A stretch of DNA of 64,000 bases from a virus (lineage: Duplodnaviria; Heunggongvirae; Uroviricota; Caudoviricetes): the IMG/VR virus record IMGVR_UViG_3300042549_004104, positions 32,001-96,000 of that record, one strand, 5' to 3'. A model generated the notes under the pieces. The model was not told where the DNA came from. It saw nothing but the letters and a program-made list of their open reading frames with translations, and did no database searches. The position numbers and the translations under genes are program-made. Shown here piece after piece: positions 34,801 to 43,353 of this stretch; position 1 is the stretch's first letter, and each line of letters starts with the position of its first letter.

Positions 34801-37554
34801 TTATACATTTGTTAATATCCAACCTTGTGTGCTGTTATAGTATACCAGTGTAAATGCGGCTCTGTCAGTAGTTACTGTCATATTGCTATTAGCACCTTGA
34901 ATTTTACTACCATTTTTATCAACAGTAATTGCATGTGTACTTGCATTACCTGTACCATCAATAATCATGACTTCATCACCTAATGTACCTGAAGCAGGTA
35001 ACGTGATTGTTAAGTTAGATGAACTAGTGTCAACAATATATCTATAACCAGCTACTGCTGTTGTATTTGCACTTATTGCTGAATATGTCCAACTTGCTCC
35101 GGCACTAGTGCTAGTAGCTACAGCTACTGCTAACTCTCGTATTTGTATTGCTACACTACTTGCCGGTGCAGTTATAAATGTTAATGTTGAATCACTGATT
35201 GTATAATCAGTTGTTGGTGTTTGAAGAACACCGTCTAATGTTACTAAGACACTACTTACAGTAGACCCAGATGTTACCGTATAGTTAACTGTACTATTAT
35301 CGCCGGTAGCTACCCTAGTTGTAAAACTACCACTACCTATAGGTAATCCATCAATTGTAGTAACTTCAATGTTTGATCCATTTGCAGGAGAACTACCAAA
35401 GGTAAGATTTGCTCCACTTAGTGAATAACTGCCTCGGCTAACAAATGCACCGTTGTAATTAACAAATACACTATTAATACTACTAGGAGGAACACTTAAA
35501 GTAAAGGTGTCTTGTACCCCATTACCGGTGAAGTTGTCCACTGCTATAGTAGTTGATACATTTCCACCTGATTGTGCTTCCCAACTTAAATTACCTGTAC
35601 CATCAGTTGTTAGCACATAATCTGCTGATCCTCCCGGGATATGAAAATTACCAACATTACCTATTGTTACGTTACTTGTATTACTAAAATTAATTATTCC
35701 GGTACTAGTGAGTCCAGTCAATGTACCCACACTTGTAATATTTGGTTGTGCGTTAGTAGAAACAGTATTAGCTACACCTGAATATTCTGAGTATGCCCCA
35801 TCAACAATAAACTGTCCACCAATTGGGTTAGTCAGTACCATTGAGTTTCCGGTAATACTAATATTACCGCCACCTAATTGAATTGTATTTCCACTTAAAT
35901 ACAAGTCTCTAAATCTATAATCACTGTTACCTAAATCATATGTAACATTTGATGTTGGTATTATATTACCTGCAATACTCAAACCTGTTAATGTTCCTAG
36001 GCTTGTGATATTAGGTTGTGCTGCCGTTGTAACAGTATTTGCATTAGTTGCAGTTGGTACATAACCAGTTACATTAGCACCTGTGACATTTGTTAATGTA
36101 GCTCCGTTACCTATAAAATAATTAGCAGATACATTACTTGTATATGTTGGTAGATATGCGGCTACGTTTGTATTACTATATGTTCCGCTAATGCCGGTCA
36201 ACTGACTACCATTACCAATAAAGTAATTAGCAGTAACTAGATTACCTAAATTAGCATTACCAGAACTGATGTTGCCGGTGACTGCTAGACTAGTTAATGT
36301 ACCTACACTAGTGATATTTGGTTGTGCGTTTGTTGTTACTGTACCTGCTGTATTTGCATTTGTTGCGTTTGGTACATAACCGGTTACGTTAGCGCCGGCA
36401 ACACTTGTTAATGTTGAACCGTTACCAATAAAATATCCAGCACGAATATTACCAAAACTATTAAACGTGACAACTTCATTACTGATATTTACGTTACTAC
36501 CAAAACCAAATTCACTATTTGAGTTATCCCATCCCATGAACGCATCGACAGTTTCGGTAGTATAGTAATGTAATAAAGTGCCTCTGTCTTTGCCGTCATT
36601 ACTTGATAGTGGCGCTCCATTTGCGCCACCGCCCATTTCAATAATAGGATCTTTTACATATAAATTTGTTACATTTGTATATTCTGTATTTCCACTAACA
36701 GTTAAATTTCCTGTTACAGTCGCATCACCTGATACAACTAATCCTGTTAATGAACCAAGTGAAGTAATATTAGGTTGTGCATTAGTTGTGACTGTGCCGG
36801 CAGTTGTCGCACTTGTTGCTGTGTTTGCTAAGTTTGCATTAGGTACATAACCAGTGACATTAGCTCCGGTAACACTAGTTAGTGTTGCACCATTACCAAT
36901 AAAATAATTAGCAGAAACATTACCCGTGTATGTCGGTAAGTATGCGGCTACATTTGTATTACTATAACTTGCAGGTAATCCGGTTAATTGACTACCGTTA
37001 CCTATAAAATATGTTGCAGTGACATTACCTGCACCACTAGTTCCTACTGTTAAATTGCCGTAAATACCTGCATCGCCAGCTACGTTACCATACCTAGTAG
37101 TAATAGTGATAGTGCCTGTACTATCTTGTATATTTGCTGTTTTAATACCAGTGCCGGTTGCAGTTATTAATCCGGAAACAGTTAAACTACTTAATGTGCC
37201 TACACTTGTAATGTTGGGCTGAGCGGCTGTTGTTACGGTATCAGCAATAGTTGCTGAGTTAGCAATATTTGCATTTGGTACATAACCAGTAACATTACTA
37301 CCAGTTAAACTTGTTAATGTAGAGCCATTGCCAATAAAATAGTTTGCAGAGACATTACCTGTATAAGTTGGAAGATATGATTGTACATTAGCGTTTGAAT
37401 AGGTGCCGCCCAAACTCCAAGCTGTGCCATTTGCGTATAATAAATTATTTGTTTTTACGTTACCTGCACTTACATTAGCAGAGGCATCTATACTATTAAC
37501 AGTGTAATTACCTGTTACGTCAATTCCTGATGCTTTTACAAACGTTAGTGCCAT
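34801..37554 (-). CDS. Asn-rich fibre shaft protein with a C-terminal T4 gp9/gp10/gp34-like domain
   Basis: AQPNITS repeats, KDPIIEMGGGANG domain, two TG(N/D) domains, and the C-terminus YIVDTSS...ITLPAS..LGDEV.IID...V..NG.KIQG...FTLVY...QGW. Confidence 0.8.
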   Translation of the reverse strand: MALTFVKASGIDVTGNYTVNSIDASANVSAGNVKTNNLLYANGTAWSLGGTYSNANVQSYLPTYTGNVSANYFIGNGSTLTSLTGSNVTGYVPNANIANSATIADTVTTAAQPNITSVGTLSSLTVSGLITATGTGIKTANIQDSTGTITITTRYGNVAGDAGIYGNLTVGTSGAGNVTATYFIGNGSQLTGLPASYSNTNVAAYLPTYTGNVSANYFIGNGATLTSVTGANVTGYVPNANLANTATSATTAGTVTTNAQPNITSLGSLTGLVVSGDATVTGNLTVSGNTEYTNVTNLYVKDPIIEMGGGANGAPLSSNDGKDRGTLLHYYTTETVDAFMGWDNSNSEFGFGSNVNISNEVVTFNSFGNIRAGYFIGNGSTLTSVAGANVTGYVPNATNANTAGTVTTNAQPNITSVGTLTSLAVTGNISSGNANLGNLVTANYFIGNGSQLTGISGTYSNTNVAAYLPTYTSNVSANYFIGNGATLTNVTGANVTGYVPTATNANTVTTAAQPNITSLGTLTGLSIAGNIIPTSNVTYDLGNSDYRFRDLYLSGNTIQLGGGNISITGNSMVLTNPIGGQFIVDGAYSEYSGVANTVSTNAQPNITSVGTLTGLTSTGIINFSNTSNVTIGNVGNFHIPGGSADYVLTTDGTGNLSWEAQSGGNVSTTIAVDNFTGNGVQDTFTLSVPPSSINSVFVNYNGAFVSRGSYSLSGANLTFGSSPANGSNIEVTTIDGLPIGSGSFTTRVATGDNSTVNYTVTSGSTVSSVLVTLDGVLQTPTTDYTISDSTLTFITAPASSVAIQIRELAVAVATSTSAGASWTYSAISANTTAVAGYRYIVDTSSSNLTITLPASGTLGDEVMIIDGTGNASTHAITVDKNGSKIQGANSNMTVTTDRAAFTLVYYNSTQGWILTNV

Positions 37555-37571
37555 TTTATTATCCTATATTT

Positions 37572-37579
37572 TATTTAGC
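37572..37579 (-). promoter_or_regulatory. putative T4-like late promoter GCTAAATA
   Basis: Intergenic, upstream of the 917-aa gene; AGGA RBS follows. Confidence 0.55.
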
Positions 37580-37585
37580 ATATTA

Positions 37586-40500
37586 TTATTTACCAATAAA
37601 CGCACTTGTAGGTGCCGTGAAGTTACTTGTATAACGTGCGTATCCTTTTGTGATTCTTAGGTCGTCTATGTATCCGCTCATGAATTGTGTTAATGAGCCC
37701 GAATCCGAACCGATTATCAATGCGTTTGTTGGGTAATTTATTGAGTCAGTAAAGTTAACGCCATTTTGTGTACCATTAATATACATCTTAGTGACACCAC
37801 TACCTCTAACTAATGCAACGTGATACCACTGCCCTAGTGTCAGTGCATTACTAGTTATTCTTCCGGAACCACTATAATACTGTAGTGTACCGGAGGTCAG
37901 CCATAATATACCAGTATTAAAATCAATTATTCTACCTCCAGTACTGTTAAAATATACCCATGCTTCCCAAGTAAAGTCACCAGTACCAAACGCAAACGCT
38001 ACACTGCTAGGTACCTTCAAATAATCTCCGGTGCCATCAAAATAGATACTACTGTTATTATACTTTTTAACACTAGTGCTTAATTGTGTGTTACCTACAG
38101 TTTCTAATACATTACTACCATGTAAATCAATTATACCACCGTTATTGAAGTTTAGTAACAAAGTTGTGTTTGGTATTGCTGTTACTGATGTTGTTGGTGG
38201 GATGAAATTACTGGTGTATAATGCAAAGCCTTTAGTTATACGAAGATCGGATAGATAACCGGTTAAGATGTTATCAGCAGTTGAGATAATTAACGTTCCA
38301 CCCGAAGCTATGTTTGTGCTATGTGTAAATGTTCCCGAAGCAACTCCATTAATATACCAAGCTGTACCGCTAGCGGAAGTTGATGTTCTTACTAAGGTGA
38401 TGTTAGTCCAACTGTTAAGAGGTATTGATGTTGAACAAGTACTACCAGCAATAGTTGTGTTATTATTGATTGTAAGTACACCTACTGCTGATAAATCCAT
38501 ACTAAAATCAGTTGAATCAGTCCCGCGTACAAACAACCTAGTCATTCCCGGTGCCGCTGTGCGATAAATCCAAAATTCAATAGTATAGGCATTTGTGCCA
38601 AAACCTACAGTTGATCCGGATACTGTTAAATAGTCACCAGTACCATCAAAGTATGCACTACCACCCTGTAAATTTGAAGTATAACTTGTTGTACTCTGTG
38701 CGGTGTATCCAAATGGGTTGAATATTCTTGGTACAACATTACCATTAGCTGTTAATGTAAATCTATTAGTTGAGTTATCAATCATTGTAGTTGATTGACA
38801 GGTCAACAATGATACTTGACTTGCAGTTGCACCTTGGCTTGTTGTTGTCAATGGTGTTGTACTTGGTGTAAATGCCGATGTGTATAGTGCAGTGCCCTTG
38901 ACCACTCGTAAATTAGAAATATATTGACTATTGGGGTTTAATATAATTGTTCCCGATGATGCATAGTTGGTTGCAATAGCACCGGATGCTGCCAATGCAC
39001 CATTCTTGAAAATATAACCAGTACCGCTACTTCTAGTAAATGCCCAGTGTTCCCATACTCCTGCAACAGGTAAAACACTAGATGATGTTAAATCACTTCC
39101 GACATTGTATCTAGCAATTTGTACGCCATTACTAACAAAGTATATGCTGAATTCCCCGTTACTATTTGAACGGAAAATGTTACCCGGCACGGTTGTACTC
39201 AATGTTGTGCCTATTAAATAACTCCAAAATTCTACGGTAAAATCACCGGTACCAAATGCTAAGGAAGATGATGTTATAGTGAGATAAGAACTAGTATCAA
39301 AGTAATTACTATAACTGATCGGTACTGCTTCAGGTATACTACCAAATGGTGAATAGGCTTGAACTGATACATCACCGTTTCTAGTTAATGTAAAATTGTT
39401 TATTGAATTGTCAATCAATCTGTTACTTTGACATGTTAATAAACTTGTGTTTGCAATTGCTGTTAGTGGAGTTGTACTTGGTGTAAATGTAGAAGTATAT
39501 AACGCAGTACCTTTAACTATTCTAAGGTTAGAAACGTAGCCTAGAATACTACTATTGAAGTGTTGTCCTATAATTAATCCAGAATCTGAAGAAGGAGTTC
39601 CTGAAACTGCTGTGGATGTAGTACCTACTCCATTCACGTATATTCTAATACCGTTACTATCTTTTACAAAAGCTATATGACTCCATTGATTTAAAGATAT
39701 CGTTTCAGTAGAGTCAACAGTAACGGAGCCTCCATTAAAATATTTAAACCTAACAGTTCCGTTTGTATTTGGACCAAAACTCCAATAATTAGTACTAGAT
39801 CCGGCTGCCATATTTCCAATTAAACACGGATTAGTATTTGTCAACCAGGTAGAAAGATTTGTTGGATATACCCATGCATCTATGGTAAAATCTGTCGTCC
39901 ACCATTGATTTTGTGTTGATGTTGTCGGTACAGACAAATAATCCCCAGTGCCATCAAAATAATTACTCCAACCAGTAACACTATAAGGACTAAATGATCC
40001 TTGACTTGTATTACCAAATCGTGTGATAATGTTATTGAAATTACTGTTATCTATAATAGCTTGATTAGTTGCGCCACCGTTATATTGTAGTGTTAATAAC
40101 TGTGTATTTGCTACTGCTGTTAGTGGACTTGTGGGTGGGGTGAACGCTGAGGTATATACTGCTGTACCTTTAACTATACGTAAATCTGAAATATATCCTA
40201 ACAAGGGCGCAATCGCATGAACAGTATCACCGATAACTAATCCAGCAGTTCTGTCTAAATTCACACTATACGATGCGGAGTATCCTTGTACCCCATTAAC
40301 AAACATTTTTAAAACCCCTGAAGTTCTTACTGCTGCCACATGACTCCATGAATTTAAGGTAACAGCCACAGATGAGGCGTAAGAGGTGCCGTCATATAAA
40401 TAAGGGAAATTACTAGCGTCTATACCTAAGAACCAAGGTGTTGCGGTTGCGCCACTTCTTGCATCTAATAAACCATCATTTTCAGCAGAGGTTTTATAAA

Positions 40501-42289
40501 CCCACATTTCAATTGTAAATTCCCCTGTACCAAAAGAAAGACCCGGAGTAAGAGATGATATAGTTAACGTATCCCCAGTACCATCAAAATATGTACTACC
40601 ATAAGTGCTGTAACTACTGTTTGTAGTGAATGGTGTTGCTGGACTGATTGATGTATCACCAGCTTTAGTAATTGTGAAATTGTTAGTTGAGTTATCAATT
40701 AACCTATTACTTTGACATGTTAATAAACTTGTATTTGCTATTGCAGTTAGTGGTGTTGTGCTTGGTGTGAATGTTGAGGTATAGACTGCGGTACCTTTAA
40801 CTACTCGTAGGTTAGAAATATATCCAGTTAATACATTAGCTGGCGCTTGAAAGTCATTACTTGCTATAAACCATGTACCACTAGTGGTTGAATAGTTGGT
40901 TGAATCTGTTGTTGTGGCTCTACTGACGCCATCAACATACATAGTGATTGCACTGGAACCATTTCTAACAATAGCACAATGATGCCATGTATTATCACAA
41001 ACTACCACAGAAGTTCCTATATCAGTAGATCCATATCTTAATGCGCCGGCTGTTGTGGTACCATTATATCCACCGGTTGTAATATGTAATGAAGTGATTG
41101 CCGCACGACCGGACAAAATAAATTTGTCATTATTCAATGGAGCATTGATCCAAAATTCTATAGTAAATGATCCTGTACCAAATGCAAAAGCACTGTTGTT
41201 TGGGAAAGTAAGGTAATCCCCGGTACCATCAAAATAATTACTGTAATATCCCGGTGTATATGGATTAAACAATACAGGTTTTGTATCACCTCGGATAGTC
41301 AATCCAAAACTATTTGTACTTGCATCACTAATAAACGGCATAACAGTTGTTTCTCCACTCAATAGTAAGGTAACGTATTTAAAATATAGATCATTTATTT
41401 CCACAATCCATGTAATTGTTCGTTGATTAGTACGATTTGTTGTTGCGGCTGTGGCTGTTAATAAAGTTGTAGTAGTGCCAGCTATAGTTGGGGTACCACT
41501 GATTGTCGCAGTACTTAACGTCAGTCCAGTAGGTAGACTATTTGCAGTATATGTAATGCTTTTTCCGGCTGCGCTGGTTGCACTTAATGTATTAGAGTAT
41601 GCGGTTCCATCTAAATTGATACTTGTATTGCTACTTGGATTACTCCATGTAACATTGTCGGTATTGATGGTTAGGGTAAACGTTCTAGTAACATCTTGTA
41701 ACTCAGCATCAGTTGCAGTTACACCAAATGTATATGTTGTACTTGCACTATCAACTGGTGCAGTACCTGTAATTACACCATTTGCGTATAATGTTGCTCC
41801 ACTAGGCAAACTTCCACTAGCTAAACTATATGTTATTGCGCTATCACTTGTTGCAATAACTTGAGTGCTTATTGAATTGGTTTCATATATATTACCAATA
41901 CTACCGGCTGCAGTTGTATATGTTGGGACGCTAGAATAAACAAGTCCGGGCACTAATATAGCGGCACCACCTGTACTGTTATAAACAATTAAACTATAAC
42001 TTCCACCGGCAAGTGCAGGGCTTGTAAAACTTATTTGTGTTGGATTAACTAATGTTACTGGACTTATTGTAGAACCACTTACTGTTGCGGCTACTCCACT
42101 GGCAAATCCAGTACCATTAACTAACACAGTTTGACCTCCGGCAGGGTCTAAAGCAGTATCATCAGTACCAGTTATACTCCAACCAGTTATAGTTGGTTGT
42201 GGATATAGATTTTGTACAAAGCTGGTTTGTAAATTAACAGTACCTTGATTATCGCCTGCTCTTTTACCACGAAAGCCACTGTTAAACAT
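37586..42289 (-). CDS. large adhesin/fibre tip protein: IPT/TIG + Ig-like + six LamG/ConA-like domains
   Basis: Same architecture and linker order as 5644..10791. Confidence 0.85.
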   Translation of the reverse strand: MFNSGFRGKRAGDNQGTVNLQTSFVQNLYPQPTITGWSITGTDDTALDPAGGQTVLVNGTGFASGVAATVSGSTISPVTLVNPTQISFTSPALAGGSYSLIVYNSTGGAAILVPGLVYSSVPTYTTAAGSIGNIYETNSISTQVIATSDSAITYSLASGSLPSGATLYANGVITGTAPVDSASTTYTFGVTATDAELQDVTRTFTLTINTDNVTWSNPSSNTSINLDGTAYSNTLSATSAAGKSITYTANSLPTGLTLSTATISGTPTIAGTTTTLLTATAATTNRTNQRTITWIVEINDLYFKYVTLLLSGETTVMPFISDASTNSFGLTIRGDTKPVLFNPYTPGYYSNYFDGTGDYLTFPNNSAFAFGTGSFTIEFWINAPLNNDKFILSGRAAITSLHITTGGYNGTTTAGALRYGSTDIGTSVVVCDNTWHHCAIVRNGSSAITMYVDGVSRATTTDSTNYSTTSGTWFIASNDFQAPANVLTGYISNLRVVKGTAVYTSTFTPSTTPLTAIANTSLLTCQSNRLIDNSTNNFTITKAGDTSISPATPFTTNSSYSTYGSTYFDGTGDTLTISSLTPGLSFGTGEFTIEMWVYKTSAENDGLLDARSGATATPWFLGIDASNFPYLYDGTSYASSVAVTLNSWSHVAAVRTSGVLKMFVNGVQGYSASYSVNLDRTAGLVIGDTVHAIAPLLGYISDLRIVKGTAVYTSAFTPPTSPLTAVANTQLLTLQYNGGATNQAIIDNSNFNNIITRFGNTSQGSFSPYSVTGWSNYFDGTGDYLSVPTTSTQNQWWTTDFTIDAWVYPTNLSTWLTNTNPCLIGNMAAGSSTNYWSFGPNTNGTVRFKYFNGGSVTVDSTETISLNQWSHIAFVKDSNGIRIYVNGVGTTSTAVSGTPSSDSGLIIGQHFNSSILGYVSNLRIVKGTALYTSTFTPSTTPLTAIANTSLLTCQSNRLIDNSINNFTLTRNGDVSVQAYSPFGSIPEAVPISYSNYFDTSSYLTITSSSLAFGTGDFTVEFWSYLIGTTLSTTVPGNIFRSNSNGEFSIYFVSNGVQIARYNVGSDLTSSSVLPVAGVWEHWAFTRSSGTGYIFKNGALAASGAIATNYASSGTIILNPNSQYISNLRVVKGTALYTSAFTPSTTPLTTTSQGATASQVSLLTCQSTTMIDNSTNRFTLTANGNVVPRIFNPFGYTAQSTTSYTSNLQGGSAYFDGTGDYLTVSGSTVGFGTNAYTIEFWIYRTAAPGMTRLFVRGTDSTDFSMDLSAVGVLTINNNTTIAGSTCSTSIPLNSWTNITLVRTSTSASGTAWYINGVASGTFTHSTNIASGGTLIISTADNILTGYLSDLRITKGFALYTSNFIPPTTSVTAIPNTTLLLNFNNGGIIDLHGSNVLETVGNTQLSTSVKKYNNSSIYFDGTGDYLKVPSSVAFAFGTGDFTWEAWVYFNSTGGRIIDFNTGILWLTSGTLQYYSGSGRITSNALTLGQWYHVALVRGSGVTKMYINGTQNGVNFTDSINYPTNALIIGSDSGSLTQFMSGYIDDLRITKGYARYTSNFTAPTSAFIGK

Positions 42290-42648
42290 TAGCTAATTTC
42301 CTCCCATGTAGCTATTGCTTCAAGTCTTGAATTAGCGTTTGCAGTCAATCTGATACTATCACCTTCTAATAAGTAAAGACTTAATGTTTTATCAATTGGT
42401 GTATATGCAGTATTGATTGAAATTGCAATATTGTTAATTAATCTATATGCGGTAGAACTACGATATAAATCCACTGTTACTGTTGCGCTATTGCTAGCAT
42501 CAACATTTGATATAGTTATTGCATTTACTTTGTAAATTTTTCCACTAGCGACACTGTTTGTTATTATTGCTGTTGCAGATGTTGTTACAGCTTGTACTGC
42601 TGTGTTTCCATATATGTTTGCTACTTGTACTATATTTGGGTTTGCCAT
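42289..42648 (-). CDS. ~120-aa putative fibre adaptor protein (MxxPN(L/I) family)
   Basis: MANPNIV...LYLLEGDSI...WEEIS; stop overlaps the next ATG. Confidence 0.7.
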   Translation of the reverse strand: MANPNIVQVANIYGNTAVQAVTTSATAIITNSVASGKIYKVNAITISNVDASNSATVTVDLYRSSTAYRLINNIAISINTAYTPIDKTLSLYLLEGDSIRLTANANSRLEAIATWEEIS

Positions 42649-42657
42649 AATTGTTCC

Positions 42658-43290
42658 TTAAAATCCAAAAACCAACGCCATGGCGATAGCTTTTCCTGTT
42701 GACGCTACTGGTGCGCCGTTTGATGTGATATTTGTTGCGTTTAATGTATTAGTTGATTTATTGAATGTTAGATTAGCACTTCCACCAGGTGATCCACTGT
42801 CATTAAATATAATTTGAGTGTTACTACCAGACAATACACCGGCCGTAAATGTAGTAACATCAATCTGTGCACCATTTATTGGTGTTCCTAATAAGGTTAA
42901 TGTGTCTCCGGATACATCATATGATGAGCGTGTTTGTATTACACCATCAATATTAACGATAACTGCATTGTCACCCTGGGGTGTTGTTGAAAGAGTATAT
43001 GTGTTTCCTGTGCCGTTTGCGGTAAAAATATCGGCTACCACATTAACATTAGCGTTACCTCCGCTACCTGTCTGCGCTTCCCAACTTAAATTACCTGTAC
43101 CATCAGTTGTTAGTACATAATTGGCGGAACCGCCTGTAATAGTTATATTACCAACGGCTCCTAAATTTGCTGAATCTGTGGCAACAATATTTCCTGTAAA
43201 TGTGCTTGCAACTACACTGCTATTACTAGCATGTAATAGTATATTGCCGGTCGAAAGACCGTTCTTTACGTTAAAATATTTAATTGTCAC
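42658..43290 (-). CDS. short fibre connector protein (210 aa)
   Basis: N-terminal YFNVKNG, one FTANG domain, and C-terminal KAIAMALVFGF; GTG start. Confidence 0.78.
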   Translation of the reverse strand: MTIKYFNVKNGLSTGNILLHASNSSVVASTFTGNIVATDSANLGAVGNITITGGSANYVLTTDGTGNLSWEAQTGSGGNANVNVVADIFTANGTGNTYTLSTTPQGDNAVIVNIDGVIQTRSSYDVSGDTLTLLGTPINGAQIDVTTFTAGVLSGSNTQIIFNDSGSPGGSANLTFNKSTNTLNATNITSNGAPVASTGKAIAMALVFGF

Positions 43291-43310
43291 AGTTCCATAT
43301 TCCCTGTTTT

Positions 43311-43334
43311 AGTTAGAGGATTTCTCCTCTAACT
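43311..43334 (-). promoter_or_regulatory. perfect 10-bp stem with GAAA tetraloop in the 5' leader
   Basis: The minus strand reads AGTTAGAGGA-GAAA-TCCTCTAACT, followed by AAAA rather than a U-tract. Confidence 0.7.
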
Positions 43335-43336
43335 GT

Positions 43337-43344
43337 TATTTATG
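43337..43344 (-). promoter_or_regulatory. putative T4-like late promoter CATAAATA
   Basis: Lies 2 nt upstream of the hairpin, in the intergenic gap. Confidence 0.55.
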
Positions 43345-43353
43345 ATTAATCAT

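Noticed and set aside
5644-42289. Diversity-generating retroelement behind adhesin variation
   Set aside because: No reverse transcriptase or non-coding template repeat in the window; paralog differences are not adenine-specific and include indels. One elsewhere in the genome cannot be excluded.
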